The notes under the pieces were generated by a model. The model saw only the letters and a program-made list of their open reading frames with translations, was not told the DNA's origin and ran no database searches. Source: Octopus sinensis (taxonomy: Eukaryota). From it: 64,000 nucleotides of DNA. The translations under genes were made by a program, and so were the position numbers. The DNA lies in NCBI RefSeq assembly GCF_006345805.1, contig NC_042998.1:137082001-137146000 (forward strand). Direction: 5' to 3'. Every line of letters begins with the position of its first letter. The stretch's first letter is position 1. Positions 13,747-26,576 of the stretch are shown here, piece by piece.

Positions 13747-13859
13747 TATATCCGATGCATGGTTGTCCCTTCACCCATCATCCAAGGACATGACACATGA
13801 TTAAAAGCATGACACCAAGCCACCACCAAATCCACACTAAAAAAATTCCTTACAGTGAC

Positions 13860-15060
13860 GTTTCTAGTCTATATTTTCCCCAAAATCAGAAGTTACCCAG
13901 ATATGCTCAATTTGATCATAGGTATCAAGAGGGTGGGAAGTAAATATCTATGATCAATTTGAGGTAGACCACATGTATTATTGGTGTATCGCACATTGTG
14001 CTGGAGTGTGAGAGGAGGGCATTTGTTACTAGGAGATAACATTTGTTACACTGAGATCACTTATGGAATGCTTTGTCATTCGAATGTCAAGACCTAGATG
14101 ATTCCTACCTACAAGCAAATATACTTTTAGCGAGAGGTTTTAGTTTTCCTAATCTCAGCTGTTATATCCAGCCTGGAACTAAACAACTGCACAGAAGATA
14201 TATGAACGCTCTCCCTGATACCACTAAAGGTTTCCTCCTGCAACAAGTCATTACTTCTCTAACTAGGAGAAATAAGATACTCGATACAGTTTTTATTTAC
14301 CCCAATACATACTTCATACACAGTGATAAGGTCATTCCAACAGCTATTTCTCATCACGTCATGATACAATATTCTGTGAATGGTTTAAAGTTAACCCATA
14401 TAAACTCGCGTATTCCTGCAAGAACTTAAGACAATGAGATAGGCAGACACTAATGTGTAACAGAATCAAACTCACAAGACAATAAGCAAGATCTCTCAAC
14501 AGATGACATTGCAAAAAAATACATGACATTGAAGTAGACCTAAAAATATCTTATAAAAAATAAACTTCGCTGATCCTAAGTTCGACTAATCCTAAGTTCT
14601 TTTTCCAATTGCTAAGCAAAATTCATCTACACATAAACAGATTCTCCATCTAATGACCCAACATGGATCATATACAAATGATTCAGCACAAAGAGCCCAC
14701 GGTTGGGTTAACAGTATAACAGTGCATTTTCCCAGAATATAATTAGTAAAATAGTGCATAATCCAAACTAATTCTTTGATTCCCAGAATTACACTGGAGA
14801 GACACATCTAATGGAAGATAGTATACTTGCAGCTATTAATGAGTAACTTTTAGACGCGGCATCAGCGCCAAATGGCCTCCTATCTATATTGTGAAAATCG
14901 AGCAAAACAGCATCGCCAAACTATTAAATGGGCTATTTAAAAGGTCGCTAGAAACCGGCATATTCCCAGAATTACTGACAGACACAATAGTAATACTTAC
15001 ATACAAAGGTGGTAACAGAGGTGGAGCTAAAAATTACAGATCTGTTTGACTTGAGTCGAA
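13860..15060 (+). mobile_element. Duplicate of the LINE remnant at 3290-4660
   Basis: Colinear nucleotide similarity, e.g. gtatcgcacattgtg..ggagtgtgagaggagggcatttgtta in both. Confidence 0.8.
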
Positions 15061-15189
15061 ATTTCTGGTACTCTGCATCACATCTCAACAAAAGACGAAA
15101 TTACACATACATATTTATACATATTTATACCCACCCACATACACACACACACATTCACACGTACGTATGTATGTCTGCGCTTAGCTTTA

Positions 15190-15850
15190 TTTGATTTTGC
15201 GAGGTTATTTATGTTTTTATATTTCCATTGGTGTATTTACACATATATATATTGTACTTTAATGGGTTTAGTTTCACACTTAATACTTCTTGAGATTAAA
15301 TCTAATATTCTAATTTGTGTTTTTTTCTTTTATGCTTTCCGTTAATTTGTTTCATCTATTCATTATGTTTATTAATTTATGTTTTCTATATTAACAGTTA
15401 TATTTCTATGTCTTTGTGCTTATATGTTTATAATTATAGGTTTTTTGTGAGGCTATCTCAGCTGATGACGTTATCACATTGCATTATATCTTTATCGTCA
15501 TGAACTGATAGTTATACAGCCATGTAACATGATACACGATAGACAATATAGTTTCTTGTCAATTATCCTATATTTTGTCTTTAACCTTTAGCACACTGCG
15601 TTTTTTCTAGAAATGTTTCCCCTACTTCTACCCTGATACAACAGCGGAAAAATATCATAGAATGATATAATACACCTACAGTTTGTTAAAGGTCAATTTA
15701 GTATTTCTTTATAGAAAGCATTCACTGAAAATGTGATTCTTCTATACTGCATAAAAGCATGCAATGTGAGAATTATCGAAGCATCTGTAGGGATGAACGT
15801 ATTGCGATATCACTGATCTTGATTTCTCTTATTCCTCGAAACATTTTTTA
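15190..15850 (+). repeat. Segmental duplicate of ~29740-30560
   Basis: Shared ttgattttg.gaggttatttatg and gaactgatagttatacagccatgtaacatgatac blocks. Confidence 0.85.
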
Positions 15851-16399
15851 ATTTGTCACACTTTAAACATCGGCAACTAAAAGACAATTATGCTCTTTTA
15901 TTTTCATTTCTTGGAAATTTAAAATTACACAAATACACTAAATCTCAAACATTACTCTCATTTTCATTGCTTTCCGATCGTTCACTTTAAAAAAAAAAAC
16001 AGTTATTTAACCTGTCATATTCATCGTCTACTTAGGTTAAACAGAGATGTATCTAGATAAGCCAATTCAATACTAATTTTATTGAGCAATTTCGACTTCC
16101 ACTTGTGTATACATCTATTGGTGATACCTGTGAAATTCAGACAGTTATTTCTGTGGCTTTCAGTTTACTTTTCTTTACATCAATTTACATCTTCACATCT
16201 ACATCTAGTTTACATCTTCAGAAGCTTCACCGAGATTCAGTTTACGCACAAACACCCAAAACACACTCACACACATTCACTCACTTAATCAGGGTCTACA
16301 TTGCCTTTCATCCTTTTGAGGTCGATGAAATAAGTGCAAGTCTAGCACTTGAGTGGATATAAACGACATTCTCAAATTTAACTCTACGATTTTTCATAA

Positions 16400-17520
16400 C
16401 TTTCGCGAATACTTTCTCCTTTCCTTCAGACGCATTCACAAAATGGGTGACCGCTGGTGCACAGTGGTTTCAGTCCTTCTTTGTTTACTCACGCTTAGTA
16501 ATTCGTCTAACTTTGTATATTAAATTACTACCCTAAATTGTCCCAGTTCAACATAATATGCCACAAACTTCTTCACATGTACTCTCAAAACGTCATATAC
16601 TGCTTGCATTTACAAATCTGTACTCTACATATAAGGCAAACCGATTGCAATTTTGTTGCTTGAATTAGAGAGCATTGGTTTAATATTCAGCGAAATAACA
16701 ACGGATCACTAAAATATGTCACCAGCGACTTTAGTTCTCCAGACCACTCATCATATTGTTTATGGTGCTTTATAACAACATGATACTCTTCTTTTCTGAT
16801 TGCTACATGAACAGCCTGTTGTTGAGCAATAAATAACTAACAAGTCACCTTCTACCTTCTCCACCTAGACAGTGGTAAGCACTTCACACTAACCCGTTTT
16901 CATCCATATACTCACACCCTTCCACATCAGATCCGGGTAATACTCTTCCGCCCCTAAAACTATCATGATTTATAGAAAGAGTTCGTGATGGAGTATTGTT
17001 CCTACATCTGGGACACCACTACTGTTACACGCAATGACAACCATGTATCCAAATAAATGTCACTTGATCGATTACAATGAGATCCTCACCAACTCTATGG
17101 AACCTTTAGCCTTTGTCCATTTGACTTGGATAGTCTCGTGCCACCTTCTTTTATTTAATCCCATATGTGTCGTACCTCCTATTCTCGTCACTATATTTTG
17201 TCCACCCCTCTGTCACAGCATCAATTGCTACGTTAAACCCATCCTCCATAGACCGTTAGTCGTTAGCAATTCCCTTCTCACATCTGTTTTTCCTACAACA
17301 GTCGACTTGCAACTGTTCAATAGAAACGTTAACCACGTTGACTAATATGTCTGTATTAAAGCCCCTCCTCTGTGACAAAGTTATAAAAGTACAACAGGTA
17401 CACCGTTGTTGTAATATTACAAGTCAAGAGCAGTGATACAGAGATCTTTGAACAGCTTTCTAAGAACCTGTCGTTATGGTATATTCTTTGCAGGAAATGT
17501 CATAAAAGCATCCCAAAGTG
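16400..17520 (-). mobile_element. Highly degraded LINE (RTE-like) remnant; 17030-17520 is paralogous to 9350-9760
   Basis: Shared blocks between 9500-9700 and 17190-17480; only weak residual RT-like similarity. Confidence 0.4.
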
Positions 17521-18227
17521 TAAATTTATGTAGAAGAAAGTAGGATTGAAATAAAGACCGTTAATAATTTTTAAAATCAAGTTCACTAAGATAAAAGATT
17601 TGAATCAGTGATGTTTTCTTCAGTTATTTTTCACATTATTATTATTATTGGGAAAACTCTCGTTTCACTTGCCAGTTCTCTAACTTTATTAATCTAGAAG
17701 ACGTTTATGTGTATAATTAATTTAGTAAATATAGTTAGTAAATATAATTATATTATGGAATTGAAACTTTTTACTAGTTGGCTAAAAGAATATATTGATA
17801 ACCAAATCTAATATTTAGAAAAAATTCATTGTCTTTCCTACACAGAGGTAAACAAATTAAAATTAGTTTGTTTACTACATACCTGGAAATTTACTAGTTT
17901 TTTTCATTATTCACTACATTGTATTGTAGGTATAAGTTTTTTATAACAAAGCCCCGCATTTCATTCAAATTAGACCAAAGATAAAATGCATTTCAATAAA
18001 AGAAGGTATATGTACCATAGATATAATATATATTTTATTTGTCGTAGTATTTTAGAAAAATAAGAAATGTAGTACTTTCCATAAAGACACGACTTGCTGT
18101 CCTGTTCAGGAATCATGCTCACCATATTATGATCATGAGCCAAACAACGCAACCACCATGACGCGTGCTAATGATTTTGGGTGGTATAATATATTTCTAA
18201 ATATCTTTTATGAATGAAAAAAATATT

Positions 18228-18432
18228 CTTTTCTACTCCGAGCACAAGGTCTGAAATCTTTTTGAGGCAGTCGATTAGATTGGCCCGAGTACGCAACTGG
18301 TACTTATCGACCCCTGAAAGGATGAAAGGCAAAGTCGACCTCGGCGGAATTTAAACTCAGAACGTAGCGGCAGACGAAATACCGCAAAGCATTTCGCCCG
18401 GCGTGCTAACGTTTCTACCAGCTCGCCGCCTT
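18228..18432 (-). mobile_element. SINE (family with ggcggcgagctgg head) upstream of copy 3, with TSD
   Basis: Typical body (gtcgacctcggcggaattt..ctcagaacgtagcggcagacgaaatacc). TSD-like aatgaaaaaaatatt (18213) / aatgagaaaatatt (18436). Empty site at 537-550. Confidence 0.85.
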
Positions 18433-18758
18433 ATCAATGAGAAAATATTGATCATAAACTTGACTGGCTTTCTCTTAGTATAGAGACACACAGCGAAGGA
18501 TATTAATATAATCCAAAACACGCTTACAACGAATAATGGTTAAGTAGTCGTACCTTTCATCATCTAAATAACATAATCAATCATATTCAGTCGAAATCCA
18601 CTTAATCTGCGACCAACATATGTATCAACAATATTTGCAATGTAAGTTGTTTTGACATGGATTTTTGCGCACATGGAGGTACAGTAAAGGATTAATAAAA
18701 CTGCAACCAAACACGCGCACGACTTGAGTATGTTACAGAGCAATGACAAAATCAATGA

Positions 18759-18806
18759 TATAAAATGATATAAAAGTGTGATGAAACGGACCACAATAAA
18801 TCATTT
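18759..18806 (+). promoter_or_regulatory. Core promoter of copy 3: duplicated TATAAAA + Inr-like TCATTT
   Basis: TATAAAA at 18759 and 18769; TCATTT at 18801-18806, about 20 nt before the ATG. Confidence 0.6.
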
Positions 18807-18825
18807 AACCATCGAAATTTTCAAC

Positions 18826-19104
18826 ATGGTCAAAATTATTTGTTTAATTTATGCAGTCCTCCTGGTTGGACTTCTGGAAAGTTGTTTTGCAAGAAGTGAA
18901 ATTTTGAACGAAGATACTGAAGATGCTGGTGATGCTTTCTCTTTGAAAAAACGAAGTGAAATTTTATACGAAGATAATTTGTCTGGAGCTGAAGATGCAT
19001 CAGGAGCTGGTGATGGTTTATCTATAGAAAAACGTTCACTGGCGTCATCTGCATCAATGAGCCAATGCTATGGAAAGCGTAATTGCCGAAGGCGTGGAAA
19101 ATGA
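18826..19104 (+). CDS. Secreted prepro-peptide, copy 3 (92 aa); predicted mature SLASSASMSQCYGKRNCRRR-amide
   Basis: Intact ORF. Hydrophobic signal MVKIICLIYAVLLVGLLESCFA, D/E-rich spacers ending KKR and EKR, C-terminal GK-stop. TATAAAA at 18769, TCATTT at 18801, AATAAA at 19332. Signal-region differences from the paralogues are mostly synonymous. Confidence 0.85.
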   Translation: MVKIICLIYAVLLVGLLESCFARSEILNEDTEDAGDAFSLKKRSEILYEDNLSGAEDASGAGDGLSIEKRSLASSASMSQCYGKRNCRRRGK

Positions 19105-20959
19105 TGATTTAGGCAAAACAGTATTCTCAGTATAAATTAGTCTTTTGAAAATTGTTTCACGGTAACGTTTCCAATGAATTATGTTTTAATTTACAGATTA
19201 GAGTCAAACTGATAAAAATAAGCACTCAGAGATTCTTGTATTCTTTTTCTAATCATTTTGTATTTGGGTTTTACATACTGCCACTAACATCGTTTTGTAA
19301 AATAAATATACAATACAACAAATTTTCTAAAAATAAACCAAGGGTTTTTGTAATGAAATAGTAATGGATTTTTTTAATTGGGATGATTTATTATAGAAAT
19401 ATTCTTCCATAGCCTAGAAGGAACTAGTGTCGTAGTAAGTAAATACATTCTTCCAAGTAATTAGAATCTCATCAACTTTCTTCGAAAACGTACAATTGAT
19501 AAGAGCATTATTATACTATTTTAAATCTATCTTAGGTTTTCTGATACACGTTGTATTAGAATCATAAATATAATTGATAATCATATTGCAGAGGAAAGCA
19601 TGGTATGCAAAATTTGTTTAGTTATCGAAGCTAAATTCTAGTTTCAGTTTGACTTTAAAATGTCGATAGATATAAGTTCCTTTCGACAGTAAAAGAGTAT
19701 TGTTCTCTGATGAATGATTATCGAACCACGGAATATGTATGTCAATACAATGTCATTTATTACACTGTATGCTAGAGTCTACAATATTCTTCAGATCATA
19801 CTGAAAGAGGTACTGAAACGTGGGACTTATGGAAAAGCGCGTAATGATGCTTTGAAATATTTGTAATTTCCATCCATGGGTTATTATTATTATGATTATT
19901 ATTATGGTTTAGCTCAGATTCGGTCTAATTCCTTGTAGGAATTATGAGGATAGCTGGTAACCTTAGGTATCCACAAGTTTTCAGCAGTCTTTCGAGTGTG
20001 TAACGAACTTAGTGAATGTGAATATATCTCGTGCACTTTTGGGGTGCACAAAGCAATCACTAGCCGTTGCTTTAATAATCCAGAATTCTACCAGTCAGAA
20101 ACAACAAGACGCAGACGTAAAAGATATATATACTACTTTATTCTCTAATGTGGTAACAGTAACAATAAGTGGTTATCTGATGTCCTTGGTTCTGGGCGCG
20201 CAAGGCTGAAAGTTAATCGATTGTAATATTTACAATGTTCAGCCGCTAAAAACAGAACGGGTTAAAGATGGCGTCGAACAATGGAGACGATGTTGGTCTG
20301 CAACAATTTGGTTAAAGGCCTTTTGGTAAGGACTGCTAGAATCAAGTTCGAACGGAGAGAAAATATGCGTGACCGTCGCCTTCAGTCGCTGCTGTCTCAA
20401 GTCCCCGATGACTGCTGCTAGTGGTCAAACGTTCTACGACCCCCTTGCCTTGGCTAACTACCACGTAGGCAAAAGGGTCGTGCTTCCGGTGGTTCGCGCA
20501 TGCGCGAGAGGGCCCTTCCTTTCTGTGCCTTGGTGAAGGCACCAACACTCGCACGCGCGAAATAGAAAATGGACGGTGCGCGCGCGCGCACCGTTATAGG
20601 ATCACTACAAGTGCTTAGAACCCTTCTGATAATCCTTGTGGTTCCTAAGCGACAAACTTTCTGTAAGAGCTCTACCGGGCATTCTGTTTCAGTCATCTGT
20701 CTATATCTTGGCTTACTGTTCCCAACGCACTAATTATTATAGGAAAGTCCTTTGCTGTTAGCATACTCCAAATTCTTCCTATTTAAAATTTTCAGGGATT
20801 ATATATTTTTTGTTTTCTTTTTCTTTCTCTTTCTTTACGATCCTACAATCAAACGAACATGATGGGTCGATAAGTAAGCAACTTCGCTTTACCTTATCTA
20901 TAATCGTTATGTCTAGTCAATTATTTTCTAATTTCTCGTCCGTTTGAATAGAAAAATCT

Positions 20960-21012
20960 TATTCTTCTTATTATTATTATTGTTGTTGTTGTTGTTATTA
21001 TCATTATTATTA

Positions 21013-21083
<71 letters not shown>

Positions 21084-21085
21084 TT
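20960..21085. repeat. (TTA)n/(TTG)n trinucleotide repeat
   Basis: Direct reading. Confidence 0.95.
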
Positions 21086-21411
21086 AAAAGTGATTGACGT
21101 AACTCTTCACAAATTAAAACAGTGAAGACGAAGAGCGCGATTCGATTGTAATAGATATTTGATTGGTTGAACGATATTTCAACAGTAAGTCTGTCTTTGT
21201 CAAGTTCAAAATAAGAAGTGATCACAATTCAAAATTATAGAAATTCAAACGTAAAGTATGAACGAGAGCAACCAGCGTCCACACGTTGAAGGAATGACAT
21301 CGTCAGTTTTTAAGTTACAATTTTATGAAAGGCGAAAAGAAAACGATAGGAAAAAACAGAAAAAAGAAGACGACAGAAAAAAAAGAAAGAAAAAGAGAAA
21401 AAGAAGAATAT

Positions 21412-23085
21412 TTAATCAAATAGTTTTGTATAAATTTGATGATATTTCCCTGTCCTTTTATTCATTCCTCCAGGACGATATGTTAATAATCCGCAAACAT
21501 ATTTCTCCTCATACATTCTGAGAAGTGAAAGTGAAGCAGATTCAGTATATTTTCTGAGAATATGCATTTTCATGTCTTCTTCAAAATTGTAGCCGCTTGA
21601 AACGAAATGTCGAACTACTGTTAGTGTGCCTGACGTCGAATCTGTGTCCATTAAATCTTTTGTTTAATTGTTGTTATACAACCAACATAAATCAAGTTGT
21701 GTTTCGTGCATACTGTAGCATACACCAAATGGGAATCTTTGCATGTTCCACCTTTTGTATAAACCATAACATTTCTGTTATGATTTCTGGTGGAATTCAC
21801 TTCACTCATGTTGTTGCACAATGAACAGGGCTTACCTCTCTTGTGGCTGCTCTTTAAGGTACAGCGTGCAGATACTCCAATGTTCGTTTTCTTGGAGTTA
21901 GAAATAGAGGTCAATAATTCTCTTATATTCTTATTCCGTCTAGGCGGCGGAGGAAATATCTGTTTGAAACGAGGATATTTTCCCGCCAAAAGCTGGTAAC
22001 TTTCATGCAACACTTTTGAAATGCCAGCGAAATGTCGGTGCCAGCTAATAACTAAAGGAATTCTGTCATTTATTGTATTGTTTTGCTAAAGTTATGCGTA
22101 AATGTTTGACTATCTTTGCTAATCTTAGCTATTTCATTTGCTATTTCCTTTAATCGTGATTCACTGTAACCGCGTTTGACATAATGATATGCAAAAGGAT
22201 TTGCATGTTTCCAATAATCCCCTATGTCAGTACATCGGGATATCGGGTTTGACCGAATAAGATGATGTGGATTATCTCAGCGGCGGTGGAGATAAATGTG
22301 AGATGATGTAGGCTTGCAAAATAACTTTGTCACTATTCTCCCTCCAGAAAACTTGACTTTTGTGCCCAAAAATTCAACGCTAGTTTTTGAAAAACCTGGA
22401 CGTAAATTTTATGTTGGGCTTAAAGCCATAGTTTCTAGCATAATAGTCACAGGAATGCAAGAAACCCATTAAACTATCCTGTGATTCTTCCCAAACAAAA
22501 ATACGTCATCAATGAACCGTAACCAGAGTATTGGTTCATGACCATGAAGGGATTTGAATGTCTTAAGTAACTGTATCTTGAATTTCATCATGAAGACATT
22601 AGCGAAATTAACTGCAATGGGGTTACCCATGGCGCAACACTTCGTCTGGTGGTAAAATCTTTGTCTAAACTTCATTGTGTTACTTTCTAATGCAAACCTC
22701 AATAATCTATAGAGAAAATTTGATGGAATAATTTTGTTTGACCGCTTTTCGAAGGCATCCATGCATGCTTCTACCCCTTCATTGTGGTCAATAATGGGAT
22801 ATAAAGAAGAAACGTCCGTGGTTACCAAAATACAGTTCTTGATATGGACTCGGTGCTTTAAAAAGTTGTTGATTTTAGATACAAAATCAAAGGTATCCCG
22901 AATATAGGAACTTGATCGTTTTGCGACGTGGAGTAGAAAGTAATCCAGCCATTCCGAAATTCTGGCCGTGCAGCATTCATATACGCTGAAAATTGGACGC
23001 ATTGGAAGAAAACTTTCGAACTCTTTGTGTATTTTAGGGAGACCATAAAATACAGGTGTTCTTTCTGACCGTAAATTCTTACATT
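21412..23085 (-). mobile_element. Penelope-like retroelement, 5'-truncated: RT + GIY-YIG endonuclease (disrupted)
   Basis: FYGLPKIHK..RPI, TDVSSLYP, CAMGNP and WLRFIDD RT motifs (22469-23060). Cys-containing linker and HLVY..C.KHNLIYVG GIY-YIG motif (21651-22013). VVRHF...E..Y...L.T..P.GMN C-terminal part (21412-21651). Confidence 0.92.
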
Positions 23086-23496
23086 TCTACCTGATACTAC
23101 AATAGAAAAAAAACTAATATGGTGATATGATTCGTCTACAGTTTGTTGAAGATCAATTTACTATTTTACATTCTATATAAGAGGGGATTTATTATGTATT
23201 CTAAATATTTCTCTATGGACAATATTCCCTGAAAATGTGATTCCTGAATATTGTATTAAACATGCGAAGTAAGAAATGTCGAAACAGCCGTAAGAATGAA
23301 CATATTGCGATATCACTGATCTTGGTTTCTCTTATTCCTCCAAACATATTTTGCTCTGTTCATGTGTTATAGCATATATTCGCAAAGTATTCATATATGT
23401 GATTTCAAGAGGTTGAGGTTATATATTGTGTTGAGCTTTAATATAGTTGGTTATTTGACGTGTACAAACTTTTATGGAATGTATGTGAAAGAGAGA

Positions 23497-23548
<52 letters not shown>

Positions 23549-24620
23549 TATGTGTGTGTATGTGAGTGTGTGTGCATGTGTGTGCATGGTTTATCTGTGA
23601 GTTGATAGCGGGAGAAACAATAAAAGAAATTGAAATCTGATCAGATTGTTTTTGTTCTTTTTCAGGGCATTACAAACACCAACAGATTTAAACATGTATC
23701 CATCATCTATTGAAATAAACAATGAAACTAAATCATGTTGTTTGTGTCTATTAATGAGCTCAACGTTATTTCTACCATCATTGTATTTTCATAATCCAAA
23801 AATGTGTAATAATTCCTTAAGATTTAGTGTAATCACAATATATTTTCAACCATCCACACTGTTGAGCAAAATGTTGAACACCCGTTTTGGTTATTGCTTG
23901 AAATCATTTCCTTAATACCTCTTATATTCAAGGTAGAGGCATGAAAATCATAAATCAGAATTTTTCTATCAAAGTGAATCAATAATTTGCATACTATGCA
24001 TACTAGGACTAGATGATCGATGTACACGATCTGTGAGTAATGGTGGGTAAATAGCACATATTTCATCGATCATCGAAGGGTGAGAGGCAATGTCGACCTC
24101 GGCGGAATTTGAACTCAGAACGTAGCGGCAGATGAAATGCCGCTAAGCATTTAATTATTTGTCATGTGCTGCTCAACATATTATCGTAATGATTATATGT
24201 TTATAAGTTTAGTTTCTGACTTTTTATAATTAACTTTTTGATCGCTTTCGCACTGGTCATGTACATGGTGTCATGTAATAAATACCAAACCATGTAACCG
24301 TATGTTTTGTTGTTGAATATCAAAACGGCAGAAAAGTTGAATTATTACTCAGTTTTTGAAAGTAATCCGAAAATGTTCACAATATAAATGCGCGTAGCTT
24401 TGTGATGGAAAATTCATCAATAGGAGAAACCTCTAGTATTTCGATAATAATGCAACACATTTGATTGCTCCCTGAGACAAGCTGGAGATTTATTTACCAA
24501 AGAACCAATGTCTCTATTTACCCTAGTTGAAGTTAGTGTGGCGTAAATTTAATTTTTTTATCTTATTTCGGTGGCATTCATTCATTGCTTGCTGAGAAAT
24601 TAGTAAATTAGTAATTCCCT
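23085..24620 (+). repeat. Segmental duplicate of ~30290-32880
   Basis: Long colinear identity (e.g. 23640-24040 vs 30945-31330; 24150-24600 vs 32415-32880). Part also matches 7120-7710. Confidence 0.85.
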
Positions 24621-25995
24621 GAAAATGTGATTCCTGTATATTGTATAAAACATGCAATGCAAGAAATGTCGAAACAGCTGTAAGAATGAACATATTGCGA
24701 TATGTGATCGAATGTGATAAACACTATTTCTGCAAAAATAGACTCGGGAGATGTTTTATCTGGGCTTGTGTAAATATATGTTTTGCTTTGGGCAGTGAAC
24801 TATGTCAATAAATCGTAGAATACACGTGTTTCTTCGTTGTTTCAATTCATCAACTACGAAAACTAAAACAGCCCGAAATGTATGGGGTTATACTTATGCA
24901 AACAGCAGTTGGAATGTTTGGTGGTGTATACAATGCTTGCTGAAGTTTGAATTAAGCAATCAGTGTCACACGAAGCAGCTTTGAAAAGGTATCTCGGCGT
25001 ATATATATCCAAGGAAGAATATTTACTTTTCATATCCAAGTACCTGCATTTCACACAAATTAAGCCAAAGTCAAAATGAATTTAAATAAAAGAAAATATA
25101 AGTACCGTAGATATAATATATGATATTTTGTGTGTCGCATTTTATTAAACAGCAATTATGGTTGTAACGTGATTGCTGAAATTCAAATGGTTCTTATCTT
25201 TAATAGAATTTATAGGTTATATTCTTTTATTCGTTTTATTTGTGTCAGCCATTTGACTGCGGCCATGCCGGAGCACCGCCTTTAGTTGAGCAAATCGACC
25301 CCAGAACTTATTCTTTGTAACCCTAGTACTTATTCTATCGGTCTCTTTTGCTGAATCGTTAAGTTACGGGGACGTAAACAAACCAGCATTGGTTGTCAAG
25401 CGATGTTAGGTGGGGAACAAACACAGACTCACAAACGTATACATATATACACGACGGTCTTTTTTTAGTTTCCGTCTACCAAATCCACTCACAAGGCTTT
25501 GATCGGCCCGAGGCTATAGAAGAAGACACTTGCCCAAGGTTCCAAGCAGTGGGACTGAACCCAGAACCATGTGGTTGGTATGATAGGTAAGGTTTTCTTC
25601 CCAACACAATATTTAATTATTGTTAGCATTTCTAGCATACCTAGTCGTCATTCGCAAATGCGAAGAGGCTTGATAGCATGTGCTTTGGTTCTGCGAATTC
25701 GTTTAGGTATCATATAGTTGCAAATAGACACACACAAGATCTCGGTCCTATATCAATTGTGTAATAGATGGAGGATGAGACGCCTGCACCAGCACCCAAC
25801 AGATAGTCATTACAGCAAACTAGAACAATGGGAAATGATGTAGTTTTCTTAAAGATACATCTTTCTGTTCTGTCCAGGAATCGAGCTCGCCACCTCATGA
25901 TCATGATCCGAACTACACAGGCACCAGGACACGCGCTAATAATGTTAGGTGTTCTACTGTTTCTAACTATCACCTTTTAACTATAAGAAAGTATT

Positions 25996-26187
25996 CTTTT
26001 CTACTCGAGACACAAGGCCCGAAATTTGGGGAGATGGGGCAGTTGATTAGATCGACCCCATTACGCAACTAGTACTTTATCTATCAACCTCGAAGGATGA
26101 AAGGCAAAGTCGACCTCGGCGAAATTTGAACTCAGAACATAAAGAGAGACGAAATACCGCTAAGCATTTCCCCGCAGTGCTCGCCAC
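25996..26187 (-). mobile_element. Equivalent SINE insertion upstream of copy 4
   Basis: Same family and site; TSD-like tataagaaagtatt / tatgagaaaatatt. Confidence 0.8.
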
Positions 26188-26519
26188 ATTATTATGAGAA
26201 AATATTGATCGTAAACTTGTTTCACTGGTCTTCTCTTAATATTGTGAGATACAGCAACGGATACCAAAAGAATCCAATACACACTTCCAAAGATGATACT
26301 TTAAGTAGCAGTACCTTTCATAATCTAAATAATATAATCAATTCGATTAGGTTATAATACACTAAATCTGTGATCAGCAGATGTATCAATAATATATGCA
26401 ATATAAGTTGTTTTAAGATTGCTTTTTGAGAGCATGTAGGTATAGCAAAGGATTAATAAAACTGCAGCCAAACACGCGTACGACTTGAGAATGTTGCAGG
26501 ACAATGACAGAATCAATGA

Positions 26520-26557
26520 TATAAAAGTGAGATGAAACAGACAAAAGTAAGTCATTT
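26520..26557 (+). promoter_or_regulatory. Core promoter of copy 4: TATAAAAG + Inr-like TCATTT
   Basis: Motifs and spacing conserved with the other copies. Confidence 0.6.
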
Positions 26558-26576
26558 TACTACCGAGATTTTCAAA

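Noticed and set aside
19066-19098. Resemblance of CYGKRNC..G to cephalotocin (CYFRNCPIG-amide)
   Set aside because: The ring has 7 rather than 6 residues, there is no neurophysin domain, the peptide does not follow the signal peptide directly, and the aligned copy-1 codons lack the motif; homology is unsupported.
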